A program made the position numbers and the translations under genes. A stretch of 32,000 bases of DNA from Phycisphaera mikurensis NBRC 102666 (GTDB lineage: Bacteria; Planctomycetota; Phycisphaerae; Phycisphaerales; Phycisphaeraceae): assembly GCF_000284115.1 (NCBI RefSeq), contig NC_017080.1:3360001-3392000 (forward strand), in the 5' to 3' direction. How positions within the stretch are numbered: the stretch's first letter is position 1; each line of letters begins with the position of its first letter. The notes under the pieces are model-generated. The model saw only the letters and a list, made by a program, of their open reading frames with translations. It was not told the DNA's origin and did not search any database. Positions 15,263-23,918 of the stretch are shown piece by piece.

Positions 15263-15967
15263 TCAGGCGACGCCGACCGCCAGCACGTCGTACACCGCGT
15301 GCGTCGCCACCGCGATCCCGAAGCCCCGCCCCACGAACAGGAAGCCCAGGTAGGCGCCCGCGAGGGCGTAGAAGAGGAAGCGGGGCCAGGTGAACCCGGT
15401 GACGTCGCCGAAGTGGTACAGGGCGAAGCCCACCGCGGTCAGGAGGATCGCGCCCACCGTCGCGGTCGTCTCCCCGGCCCGGAACACCCCGGCGAGCACC
15501 GTGTGCACGGCGGCGATGCCCAGGAGGCGGAAGACCAGCTCCTCGTAGATGCCGGCGCCGAGGGCGAACACGAAGCCGGCCATCTTCGGGTAACCGTCCA
15601 GCAGCGTGGCGACCCCGTCGCCGCCGCGGACCGCCGCCAGCCCCACCCGCTCGGCGTCGGAGAAGAGCGACCCCAGCAGGAACAGCGGCACCGCCCAGAC
15701 GATCGCCTCCACCACCATCCACGGCCAGAGCTTCGGCTCGGGTGCGAAAGGCTCGCGGTCTCGCGAGGCCGCGTGCATCCCCACCAGCACGCCGATCACG
15801 ACCAGCGGCGGCAGGTGGTAGCCCGTCGCGCCGAAGAGCTCGAAGAACCTGCCCAGGAGGCGCTCCGCGTAGATGGCCGGGAGGCGGTCGCCGCCCTCGG
15901 GCGCGTAGAGGGCGGTCCCGACGCTGTACAGCACCAGCAGCGGCAGCAGGAACCACAGGCACTGCAT
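15263..15967 (-). CDS. CPBP-family intramembrane glutamic endopeptidase (CAAX protease-like)
   Basis: The ATG at 15967 (MQCLWFLLPLLVLY...) is used because the upstream part of the 419-aa track ORF overlaps the VOC gene in another frame. Motifs: GIYEELVFR (EExxxR), FALYH, ATHAVYD. The protein is multi-TM. Confidence 0.8.
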   Translation of the reverse strand: MQCLWFLLPLLVLYSVGTALYAPEGGDRLPAIYAERLLGRFFELFGATGYHLPPLVVIGVLVGMHAASRDREPFAPEPKLWPWMVVEAIVWAVPLFLLGSLFSDAERVGLAAVRGGDGVATLLDGYPKMAGFVFALGAGIYEELVFRLLGIAAVHTVLAGVFRAGETTATVGAILLTAVGFALYHFGDVTGFTWPRFLFYALAGAYLGFLFVGRGFGIAVATHAVYDVLAVGVA

Positions 15968-16085
15968 GGGCGCCTGGGAGCGTTCCCAGTAGGAGGTGAG
16001 CGGTCGCGCGGGCACGGGCAGGGGTATAGAGGATGCCCCCCGCCCCCGGGGAGCCCGCGGCGGCTCCGCCGGCGAGGGGGCCGGA

Positions 16086-16430
16086 TCATTCCCGCTCCGA
16101 AGCCATGCGCAGCACGTGCCCGTCGGGGTCTTCCACGCGGATCTCCAGGCCCCAGGGCTTGTTGGTCGGCTCCTGCAGCAGCTTCGCCCCGTGCGCGGCG
16201 AGGTGCTGGTGCATCGCCCGGGCGTCCTCGATGCCCAGGTAGAGCCAGGTGTTCGGGCCGCCCTGCCCGCCGCGGCAGAGGTAGATGCCGTGGCCGTCGC
16301 GGGTGATGTGGGTGAACGCGTCGGTGCCCTTCGCCGAGGCGGAGAAGTGCAGCACGTCGACGTAGAAGCGGAGGCTCCTCGCGACGTCGGCGACGTTGAG
16401 GATCGGGTCGATGTGCTCGATGTGTTGCAT
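16086..16430 (-). CDS. Glyoxalase/bleomycin-resistance (VOC) family protein
   Basis: 114 aa from the ATG at 16430. The VOC-like pattern reads ILNVADVARSLRFYVDVLHF ... GLEIRVEDPDGHVLRM. Confidence 0.8.
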   Translation of the reverse strand: MQHIEHIDPILNVADVARSLRFYVDVLHFSASAKGTDAFTHITRDGHGIYLCRGGQGGPNTWLYLGIEDARAMHQHLAAHGAKLLQEPTNKPWGLEIRVEDPDGHVLRMASERE

Positions 16431-16643
16431 GAATGGACCGGGAGACGTGCGGGAGACACCGGCCGCAGCAGAGCGTCGGGGCCACGTGCATCTTGGTCGC
16501 ACGCGGCCTCGGAGGCAAGCACCCAGCGGGACGCGGCCGGCTGCGGGGAGGCCGGGGCGGCAGGCGAGCCGCGGCCGGTCTCGGGGCGGCGGCTCGCTCG
16601 GGGGGGCCCTCCGCGCAGCGGCAGCGAAGCGTTAGCCCACCGC

Positions 16644-16779
16644 GCGCAATTTTCCGATCGCCTCTGCGGGCGAGTCGTGCCCCTCGCTTCGTCGGCTGCA
16701 TCGCCCTGCAGGGGCAGGGCTGCTTCGCCTCCTCACGAGGAACACGACGCGCGGACGCAGGCCGATCGGAAAATTGCGC
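16644..16779. promoter_or_regulatory. Rod-like imperfect palindrome of about 136 nt upstream of murA
   Basis: The outer arms are a perfect 17 bp: GCGCAATTTTCCGATCG (16644-16660) / CGATCGGAAAATTGCGC (16763-16779). An inner stem pairs 16674-16686 with 16736-16748 around a 2x2 internal loop. The apical hairpin is GCCCTGC-AGGG-GCAGGGC (16703-16720). The structure ends 21 nt before the murA ATG. Confidence 0.6.
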
Positions 16780-16800
16780 ACGATGCTCTAGCTTCGCCGG

Positions 16801-18132
16801 ATGGACGCGTTCGAGATCACGGGGGGCAGGCCGCTCCGGGGCGAGGTCACCATCCAGGGGGCGAAGAACGCGGCGCTGCCGCTGATGGCCGCGGCGCTGC
16901 TCGCCGGCGGCGACACGCCGGTGACGCTGCGGAACGTGCCCGACCTCTCGGACATCCGCAGCATGCTCAAGCTGCTCGCGGAGCTGGGCCTGGAGCTGAC
17001 GCGAGACACCGGGGGCACGCTGTCCTCGGCCCCGTCGGCCAGCGACAAGGTGCTGGCGCCCTACGACATCGTCAAGACGATGCGGGCGGGCATCTGCGTG
17101 CTCGGCCCGCTGCTGGCGAAGCGGGGGCGGGCGGAGGTCTCGATGCCCGGCGGCTGCGCGATCGGGACGCGGCCGGTCGACTTGCACCTCCGCGGGCTCG
17201 AGGCATTGGGCGCCCGCATCACGCTCGACGCCGGGTACATCGTGGCCGAGGCGCCGCCGGCCCGCGGCGGCGGGCGGCGCCTCCGCGGGGCCCACGTCTT
17301 CCTCGGCGGCCCCAACGGCTCGACGGTCCTGGGCACGGCCAACGTGATGTCCGCGGCGGTGCTCGCCGCGGGCACGACCGTCATCGAGTGCGCCGCCTGC
17401 GAGCCCGAGATCGAAGACCTCGGGAAGATGCTCGTCGGCATGGGGGCCGAGATCGAGGGGCTCGGCTCGCCGCGCGTGACCGTTCACGGCGTCGACGAGC
17501 TCGCCGGCGTCGACCACGCCGTGATGCCCGATCGGATCGAGGCGGGCACCTACCTGGCCGCCGCCGCCGCGACCGGCGGCGACGTGGCGATCCACCGCTT
17601 CCCGGTGCGGGCGATGGGCGCCTTCCTCGCCGCGCTCCGGGACGTGGGCGTCCGGCTGGAGGAGGTCGACGGCGGATCCGCGGACCGCGAACTCAACGAC
17701 GCCGAAACCGCCACGGTCCGCGGGGTCATCCCGCGCCGGCTCGATCCCACGGCGGTCGTGACCCAGCCGCACCCGGGCTTCCCCACCGACCTGCAGGCCC
17801 AGCTGATGGCGCTGCTCTGCCTCGCCGACGGCAACTCGCTGGTGACCGAGAAGATCTTCCCCGACCGCTTCCTGCACGTGCCCGAGCTGCAACGCATGGG
17901 CGCCGACGTCACGCGGCTGGGGCCCTCGGCGATGGTCCGTGGGGTCCGCGAGCTGATCGGGGCGCCGGTGATGGCCAGCGACCTGCGGGCCTCCGCCGGC
18001 CTGGTCATCGCCGGCCTCGCCGCCCGGGGCACGACGCTCGTGCAGCGCGTCTACCACCTCGACCGCGGCTACGAGGCGATGGAGACGCGGCTGCAGGCGC
18101 TGGGCGCCGACATCCAACGCGTCCGGCGCTAG
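16801..18132 (+). CDS. murA: UDP-N-acetylglucosamine 1-carboxyvinyltransferase
   Basis: 443 aa. The sequence is collinear with E. coli MurA as I remember it: GEVTIQGAKNAALPLMAAALL, YDIVKTMRA, the active-site loop PGGCAIGTRPVDLH with Cys retained, PHPGFPTDLQAQ, ASDLRASAGLVIAGL, YHLDRGYE. Confidence 0.95.
   Translation: MDAFEITGGRPLRGEVTIQGAKNAALPLMAAALLAGGDTPVTLRNVPDLSDIRSMLKLLAELGLELTRDTGGTLSSAPSASDKVLAPYDIVKTMRAGICVLGPLLAKRGRAEVSMPGGCAIGTRPVDLHLRGLEALGARITLDAGYIVAEAPPARGGGRRLRGAHVFLGGPNGSTVLGTANVMSAAVLAAGTTVIECAACEPEIEDLGKMLVGMGAEIEGLGSPRVTVHGVDELAGVDHAVMPDRIEAGTYLAAAAATGGDVAIHRFPVRAMGAFLAALRDVGVRLEEVDGGSADRELNDAETATVRGVIPRRLDPTAVVTQPHPGFPTDLQAQLMALLCLADGNSLVTEKIFPDRFLHVPELQRMGADVTRLGPSAMVRGVRELIGAPVMASDLRASAGLVIAGLAARGTTLVQRVYHLDRGYEAMETRLQALGADIQRVRR
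17678..17723. repeat. 46-nt palindromic-ended element, copy E (inside murA)
   Basis: CCGCGGACCG (17678-17687), a 26-nt spacer, then CGGTCCGCGG (17714-17723). The spacer ends in CCGAAACCGCCA, shared with copy F. It is translated (S)ADRELNDAETATVRG. Confidence 0.85.
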
Positions 18133-18205
18133 CGGGGCGGCCGCCGAGCGGGGGACCGCCGAAGAACCGACCGCCTCCGGTGCCTCGGGGGGAGCCGGCG
18201 GCTCC

Positions 18206-19516
18206 TCAGAACGAGTAGGTGAACGAGGCCTCGAGTGCGTGGCCCTCGTAGAGGTCCCGGCTCTCGTCCGCGAAGCTGCCCTCGTAGCCCAGCCGCAGCG
18301 TGGTCCGCTCGCCGGTGAGCGAGACGCCCGCCGTGGGCGCCCACCAGCCTTGGACGGCGGCGTCGTCGAGGAAGCGGTGGTACGCGAGGCCGGCGTCCAG
18401 GGCGAAGCGGGTGCCCGGCCGCCACAGCACCCCGCCGCCGAGCGAAGCGACCGCCTGCGAGAGGTCGGTGTCGAGCGTGTCCCGGTCCACCTCGGAGAGG
18501 AAAGGCCCGCTGTTGTCCTCGTCGTCGTCGTGGTCGTAGAAGGTCTGCTCCAGCCCGCTGTAGCCGACGATCCCGGCGCCCACGCTGAAGGTGAGGTCGC
18601 CGATCCGCAGCCCGCCGCCGGCGTTGAGGCCGTAGCCGACGAAGGAGCCCAGGTCGCCGGTGTCGCGGCTGCCGGCGCCGCCGAACTGCAGCACCGGCGT
18701 CAGGCGCAGGCTCAGCGCGTTCTCGGAGAGCGGGGCCGGGCGGTGGCCGAGCAGCGTGACCGGAAGGCCCAGCTCGATGCCGGACTGCCAGAGGTCCGCG
18801 CCGGCGACCTCGCGGTAGCCGAAGGTGTACGCGCCGGTGAGGCCGACCCACTCGCTGAAGTCGATGCCGCCGTCGAGCGTGCCCGCGAGGCGGACGCCGC
18901 CGAAGCCGTCGCTGTCGGCGTAGCCGCCGGTGCCCGTGTAGCGCACCCAGCCGATGCGGTTCTCGTCGAGTTGGAACGACAGCGACCGCGCCCCGCCGAG
19001 GGCCTCGGGGCCGGGCAGCGCGTGGCGGGAGAAGCTGCCGGTGGCCAGCAGCGCGGTCGCGGCGTCGGGGTTGCCGTCGACCGAGCCGATCGCCGCCTGT
19101 TCCCGCAGGTAGCGGAGGTAGCGGGCGTACACGTCGCTGCCCTCCTCCTCGAAGAAATCCTCGATCTCGTCGGTGAGGTCGTCGCGGTCGTCGCCGCGGA
19201 AGGTCCGCTCGAAGCCGACGCCGCGGAGCCGCACGGTCGCGGTGCGGCCATCGGCGGAGACGTCCACGACCGCCGCGTCGGCGACGCCGGCGTAGTCGAG
19301 CCGGATCCGCTGCTGCGTCCCGTCGAAGCCGCCGAAGCCGCCGCGGGCCTGGAGCGCGTCGTCGAGCAGGTCGAACGCATCCGACCCGCCCCGCTGCACG
19401 GCCGGTGTCCCGCCCGCGCCCGTCGCCCCGACCACGAAGAGCTCACGCCCGGACGCGGGGCACGCCGCGAGCGCCGCGGCGAGAAGGACGGCCGGCGGGG
19501 GGATCGTGCGGGTCAT
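18206..19516 (-). CDS. Putative outer-membrane beta-barrel protein
   Basis: 436 aa with a signal peptide (MTRTIPPPAVLLAAALAACPASG). It is Gly/aromatic-rich with alternating-pattern segments and has a C-terminal OMP-type signature (ASFTYSF, terminal Phe). Confidence 0.65.
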   Translation of the reverse strand: MTRTIPPPAVLLAAALAACPASGRELFVVGATGAGGTPAVQRGGSDAFDLLDDALQARGGFGGFDGTQQRIRLDYAGVADAAVVDVSADGRTATVRLRGVGFERTFRGDDRDDLTDEIEDFFEEEGSDVYARYLRYLREQAAIGSVDGNPDAATALLATGSFSRHALPGPEALGGARSLSFQLDENRIGWVRYTGTGGYADSDGFGGVRLAGTLDGGIDFSEWVGLTGAYTFGYREVAGADLWQSGIELGLPVTLLGHRPAPLSENALSLRLTPVLQFGGAGSRDTGDLGSFVGYGLNAGGGLRIGDLTFSVGAGIVGYSGLEQTFYDHDDDEDNSGPFLSEVDRDTLDTDLSQAVASLGGGVLWRPGTRFALDAGLAYHRFLDDAAVQGWWAPTAGVSLTGERTTLRLGYEGSFADESRDLYEGHALEASFTYSF

Positions 19517-19594
19517 GCCGGATCCTACCGCCCCCGAGGCCGACCCCTACCCTCGCTCCCGGACCCCGCCGCGCAACACCACCCAGAGAAAACC

Positions 19595-20008
19595 ATGTCC
19601 CTCCTCGGCCCGCTCTCCAACCTCCTCAACGCCGACGACGGCGTCACCCGCGACGCCGGCCAGCAGAGAGGCCTCGTGGGCATGGCCTCCGAGCTGCTCG
19701 GCTCCGCCGGCGGCATGAGCGGGCTCGTCGCGGCGCTCAGCGCCGGCGGCCTGGGCGAGCAGGTGAAGACCTGGCTGGGCGACGGGCCCAACGCGAGCGT
19801 CTCGGCGGGTGAACTCGAGGCGGCGCTGGGATCGGAGAAGATCCAGCAGCTCGCGGCGAAGTTCGGCCTGGACCCGGCCGCCGCCGCGACGCAGCTGTCC
19901 GCCTTCCTCCCGGGCCTCCTGGACAAGCTCTCGCCCGGCGGCGAGACGCCCGCCGACGGCGACGTGATGAAGCAGGTGACCGGCCTGCTCGGCGGCCTGA
20001 TGAAGTGA
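19595..20008 (+). CDS. YidB/DUF937-like protein
   Basis: 137 aa from the ATG at 19595, the 3' part of track ORF 18239..20008. The YidB-like pattern is GGLGEQVKTWLGDGPNASVSAGELEAALGSEKIQQLAAKFGLDPAAAATQLSAFLPGLLDKLSP. Confidence 0.75.
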   Translation: MSLLGPLSNLLNADDGVTRDAGQQRGLVGMASELLGSAGGMSGLVAALSAGGLGEQVKTWLGDGPNASVSAGELEAALGSEKIQQLAAKFGLDPAAAATQLSAFLPGLLDKLSPGGETPADGDVMKQVTGLLGGLMK

Positions 20009-20029
20009 GCCCGGCCTCCGCGGCGCTTC

Positions 20030-20938
20030 ATGCCCTCCTCCCCGCCGCTGGACCTGCCGCCGACCGACCTCCTCCTCGCGGTCTGCGTCCAGACGGTCGC
20101 CGCGCTCGTCGCGTTCGCCGCGGGGGCGGCGGTGTCGCGGGCGCTGCGGGAGCGGGAGGCGGATTGGCCGCTGCTGCTCGCCGCGCTGGCGGGAGGATTG
20201 CTCGCGGCCTGGCTCATCGCCGGCCGCGAGCCGACCTTCGTCGCCGGGTGGCTGCCGGTGCCCGCGGTCATCGTCTACGGCAACCCGGGCCCGGCGCTCG
20301 GCGGCCTGCTCGCGGGCCTGCTCGCGGCCAACCGCCGCGTGCCGGGCTGGCGCAGGGCCCCGCTCGCGGCCGCGGTCGCGGCGGTCGGTCTGTACGGACC
20401 CGCCTCGACGCTGCTGCACGAGCCGCCGGCGGTGCGGCCGGTCCGCCGCGACGGCATCGACATGCAGACCCACCGGGCCAGCTGCAGCGCCGCCGCGGCC
20501 GCGACGCTGCTGCGGGCACGCGGGATTCTCGGCTTCACCGAGCGGGAAATGGTCCGGCTGTGCCTCACCGGCGAGCGCGGCACCCCGCTTCTGGGGGCCT
20601 TCCGCGGGCTCTACCTCGCGGCGGAGCGAGCCGGGGCCCCGCTGCGGCCGGTGTTCCGCCGCATGCCGGCCGCGGAGCTGCGGGCGCGGCCTGAGCTGCT
20701 GCCCGCGATGGTGAGCGTGCGCCTCACCGAGGAGCTCGACGAGCGCGACCCGCGCTACCGCGGCGACTGGGGCTGGCTGCTCGGCGTCACCCACTCGGTG
20801 GTCGTCTTCCGCTTCACCCGCGACGGCCGGGTGGAGGTCGGCGACCCGGGCGCCGGCCGGGAGCTGTGGTCGGTCGCGGCGCTGGAGAGCCTCTGGGTGG
20901 GCGACGTGCTCAGCCTGGAGACGCCGGATCCCGGTTGA
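20030..20938 (+). CDS. Membrane-anchored peptidase C39-like (papain-fold) domain protein
   Basis: 302 aa with about four N-terminal TM helices. These are followed by Q-x5-C (MQTHRASCSAAAAATLL, the same Q-to-C spacing as bacteriocin-processing C39 domains) and a downstream THSVVV His. No ABC transporter part is present. Confidence 0.6.
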   Translation: MPSSPPLDLPPTDLLLAVCVQTVAALVAFAAGAAVSRALREREADWPLLLAALAGGLLAAWLIAGREPTFVAGWLPVPAVIVYGNPGPALGGLLAGLLAANRRVPGWRRAPLAAAVAAVGLYGPASTLLHEPPAVRPVRRDGIDMQTHRASCSAAAAATLLRARGILGFTEREMVRLCLTGERGTPLLGAFRGLYLAAERAGAPLRPVFRRMPAAELRARPELLPAMVSVRLTEELDERDPRYRGDWGWLLGVTHSVVVFRFTRDGRVEVGDPGAGRELWSVAALESLWVGDVLSLETPDPG

Positions 20939-22001
20939 CGGCGTAGACGAGGCACAGGTCGTCGCCGAGCCGACTCGCCGAGACGAGCCGCAGCGGGCGG
21001 GCTCCGGCCATCCGCTCCATTGATCCCGCCGCCGCGGGCCCAAGCCCGGCCGGGTCGCCGAGCAGGAGCGGCGCGACGTAGGCGTGGATCTCGTCGACCA
21101 GGCCGGCGGCGAAGAAGGCGCCGGCGAGGCCGGGGCCCGCCTCGAGCAGCACGCGGGTGCAGCCGTCGGCCGCCAGCCGGCGAAGGACGGCCTCCGGCGG
21201 ATCTGCGGTGACCTCCAGCGGCGGCCCGCCGCGCTCGCGCAACGCCGCCCCGGCGGGCAACCGGCCCGAGCGATCGAAGACCACCCGCCGCGCCCGGCGG
21301 TGCACCCGCACGCCGCGTGCGGTCAGCCGCGGGTCGTCGGCAACCGCCGTGCCCGCGCCGGTGAGGACCGCGTCGACGCGGGCCCGCAGGCGGTGGACGC
21401 GGCGGCGTGAGGCCTCGTTGCTGATCCACTTCGAGTCGCCACCGGCGGTCGCGACGCATCCGTCGAGCGTCTGCGCCCACTTCGCGATCACCCAGGGCAG
21501 GCCGGTCGCCAGCCGCTTGGCGAAGGGCGCGAGCAGCCACGCCGTCCCCGGTGTCGGGGCCGCCACCGCCTCCACGCCCGCGGCCCGCAGCCGCCCGAAG
21601 CCGCCCCCGCTCACGCGCGGGTCGGGGTCGACCTCGCCGGCGACGACGCGGCCGACCCCCGCCGCGAGCAACGCCTCGGTGCAGGGCGGCGTCTTGCCGG
21701 TGTGGCGGCACGGCTCCAGCGTGACCACGGCGGTGAAGCCGGGCGCGAGCGGGCCACGCCGCCGCGCGTCGGCGAGGGCTTGCACCTCCGCGTGCGGCCC
21801 GCCGAAGCGCCGGTGGAACCCGCGGCCGAGCACGGGCCGCGGCCGCTCCACCGGCCCCGCCGCGAGCAGCACGCACCCCACCCGCGGGTTGGGCTCCACC
21901 CGCCCCGTCGCCCGCTCCGCCAGCCGCACCGCCGCCGCCATCGCCTGCGCCTCGGTGAGCGTCGCGTCCGTCTCCCACGGGCTCGGTCGGGGCGGGAGCA
22001 T
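20910..22001 (-). CDS. ribD: Bifunctional riboflavin biosynthesis protein RibD (deaminase/reductase)
   Basis: 363 aa. Deaminase zinc motifs are present (GGPHAEVQAL, TLEPCRHTGKTPPC), as is the reductase part (PWVIAKWAQTLDGCVAT...SKWISNEASRRRVHRLRARVDAVLTGAGT). The 3' end overlaps the convergent C39-like gene by 29 nt. Confidence 0.93.
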   Translation of the reverse strand: MLPPRPSPWETDATLTEAQAMAAAVRLAERATGRVEPNPRVGCVLLAAGPVERPRPVLGRGFHRRFGGPHAEVQALADARRRGPLAPGFTAVVTLEPCRHTGKTPPCTEALLAAGVGRVVAGEVDPDPRVSGGGFGRLRAAGVEAVAAPTPGTAWLLAPFAKRLATGLPWVIAKWAQTLDGCVATAGGDSKWISNEASRRRVHRLRARVDAVLTGAGTAVADDPRLTARGVRVHRRARRVVFDRSGRLPAGAALRERGGPPLEVTADPPEAVLRRLAADGCTRVLLEAGPGLAGAFFAAGLVDEIHAYVAPLLLGDPAGLGPAAAGSMERMAGARPLRLVSASRLGDDLCLVYAVNRDPASPG

Positions 22002-22132
22002 CCGCCCGAACCTAGCGCCGCTGCCCGCGTGCGATCCCGTCGCGCGTCGAGCGACGCGGCGCCGGGATCCGCACGCCCGCCCTCCCCGGCCGGGGGCTCC
22101 CCCCGCCGTTTATCCTCGACCCCGGGCCCGCG

Positions 22133-22178
22133 CCGCGGACCGTCGCTCTTTTCGCCCCGAAACCGCCGCGGTCCGCGG
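22133..22178. repeat. 46-nt palindromic-ended element, copy F (intergenic, 5' of the AsmA-like gene)
   Basis: CCGCGGACCG (22133-22142), a 26-nt spacer, then CGGTCCGCGG (22169-22178). It ends 17 nt before the ATG at 22196. Confidence 0.85.
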
Positions 22179-22195
22179 CCTCCGGAAGCCAAGCC

Positions 22196-23128
22196 ATGAA
22201 GTGGATCCTCCGCCTTGCCGTCGTGCTCGTGATCCTCGCCGTCGCCGTGCTCGGCGCCGGCTACTTCTTCCTCAACCAGATCGTGCAGCGGGTCGTCGTG
22301 GACGCGGGCACCGAGGCGACGGGCACGCGGACGACGCTCGCCGGCGTCGGCCTCTCGCCCTTCTCCGGCGAGGCCAGCCTCACCGGCTTCGGCGTGGCCA
22401 ACCCCGAAGGCTTTGGCGGCGGCGACGTGATGTCGTTCACCAACGCCGACGTGCAGGTCGACCCCGCGAGCCTCCTCACCGACGTCATCCAGGTGCCGCG
22501 CTTCCACGTCGACGGCACGACGATCCACATCGCCTACGCCGACGGCCGGGCCAACTTCCTGGAGCTCTACAAGCACGTGCTCGGCGACGCCACCGGCGTG
22601 CCCGAGGAGCCCGCGCCCGACGAACCCGCCGACGGCGCGGCCGCGACGAAGGTGGTCATCGGCGACCTCCGGGTCACCAACACCCGCTTGCTGGGCAGCG
22701 TGCAGCTGCCCGGCTCGGAGACGCCGCTGGAGGTCGACCTCGTGCTCCCGCCGGTGGAGATGGAGAACATCGGCAGCGACGGCTCGGGCGTCACCGCCAA
22801 GGAGGCGATGCGCCTGGTGATGGAGGCGGTGCTCGCCAACGCCCGCGACGAGGCGATCAAGCTGCCCGACCTCGAGGGCGTCGCCCGGGCGTACCTCGAC
22901 GGCGTGCTCGAGGAGAAGCTCGGGGCCGACCTCAAGGGGCTCGAAGCGCAAGCCAAGGGCAAGAAGGCCGAGCTGGAGGCCGCCGTCGAGGACAACAGAG
23001 CGAAGCTCGACGCGGTCGTCGACGAGAACAAGGCCCGGCTCGAAGAGGGCAAGCAGCAGCTCGAGGGCCTGAAGGAGGGCTTTGGCGGGCTCTTCGGCGG
23101 GAAGAAGGACGAGCCGACCGCCGAGTGA
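22196..23128 (+). CDS. Membrane-anchored AsmA/DUF748-like protein with C-terminal coiled coil
   Basis: 310 aa with an N-terminal TM helix (MKWILRLAVVLVILAVAVLGAGYFFL). An AsmA-N-like segment (LAGVGLSPFSGEASLTGFGVANPEGFGGGDVMSF) is present. The C-terminus is charged and heptad-like (KKAELEAAVEDNRAKLDAVVDENKARLEEGKQQLEGL). The family call is by eye. Confidence 0.6.
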   Translation: MKWILRLAVVLVILAVAVLGAGYFFLNQIVQRVVVDAGTEATGTRTTLAGVGLSPFSGEASLTGFGVANPEGFGGGDVMSFTNADVQVDPASLLTDVIQVPRFHVDGTTIHIAYADGRANFLELYKHVLGDATGVPEEPAPDEPADGAAATKVVIGDLRVTNTRLLGSVQLPGSETPLEVDLVLPPVEMENIGSDGSGVTAKEAMRLVMEAVLANARDEAIKLPDLEGVARAYLDGVLEEKLGADLKGLEAQAKGKKAELEAAVEDNRAKLDAVVDENKARLEEGKQQLEGLKEGFGGLFGGKKDEPTAE

Positions 23129-23162
23129 GCAGCGGGCGACAAGAGAGCGGCCGCGGCCGGCT

Positions 23163-23918
23163 TCAGTAGTAGGGATCCGCCTTCGCCATCCCCTCGATGA
23201 AGCCGCGGCTGCGGCGGTCCTGGCGGCGGGGGTTCGCGGTCTCTTCCTTCAGCCGCAGCACCTCCGCGTGCCCGTCCACGAAGGCCATGCTGGAGCGGAG
23301 GTGGCCGTCTTCCTCGCCGTGCCAGGCGTTCTGCTCGCCCGCGGCGAGGTTGCGCAGCTGGATGAAGTCGGTCATGACCGACTTGGTGGCCGGCGAGGTG
23401 ACGTCCTGGAGGCCGAAGCCCTCCAGCGACCAGATGCCGTTGCGTTCGACGCGATCGCGCAGGCGATCGTCCTGGTTGTTCATCATGACGTAGGACGTCC
23501 CCCAGAGGTCCGCGACGGTGGGCGTGCTGTAATCCACCACGCTGCGGTCCAGCGGGCAGACCGCCACGGCGACGTCGCCGCCGAGGTAGTGGTGCAGCGC
23601 TCGCTGCTCGGCGGGGATGTTGCGCCGGTCCGAGTTGCTGCCGCGGTCGCCCGCCATGTTCACGTACCAGACCGGGTCCACCCGGGCGCTGTCCTCCACG
23701 CCCGCGGGGAAGCGTCGCTTCGCGTCGACCGTGTAGGCGGCGTAGGCCTGGCCGAGCGAGCGGATGTTGCTGACGCACTGCGTCTCCGCGGCGACGCCGT
23801 ACGCCTTGGTCATCACCGGCACCGCGAGCGCGGCCAGCAGGCCGATGATGCCCATGACGACCAGGAGTTCGAGGATCGTGAACGCGCAAGCGCGACGGCG
23901 GGGGTGTCGTTTCGTCAT
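23163..23918 (-). CDS. Prepilin-type N-terminal cleavage/methylation-domain protein (paralog 1)
   Basis: The ATG at 23918 gives MTKRHPRRRACA-FTILELLVVMGIIGLLAAL, a class III signal with Glu at +5 and Ala at -1. The C-terminus reads GHLRSSMAFVDGH ... DPYY. Confidence 0.85.
   Translation of the reverse strand: MTKRHPRRRACAFTILELLVVMGIIGLLAALAVPVMTKAYGVAAETQCVSNIRSLGQAYAAYTVDAKRRFPAGVEDSARVDPVWYVNMAGDRGSNSDRRNIPAEQRALHHYLGGDVAVAVCPLDRSVVDYSTPTVADLWGTSYVMMNNQDDRLRDRVERNGIWSLEGFGLQDVTSPATKSVMTDFIQLRNLAAGEQNAWHGEEDGHLRSSMAFVDGHAEVLRLKEETANPRRQDRRSRGFIEGMAKADPYY

Noticed and set aside
15624-15633. Orphan CCGCGGACCG half-site inside the CPBP gene
   Set aside because: No partner arm occurs 26 nt downstream. 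A single 10-mer hit is within chance expectation.
15796-18117. 773-aa ORF antisense to murA (and the 740-aa + strand ORF 15996..18218 in another frame)
   Set aside because: It has a low-complexity Arg/Gly/Pro composition, and murA in frame 1 explains the region fully.
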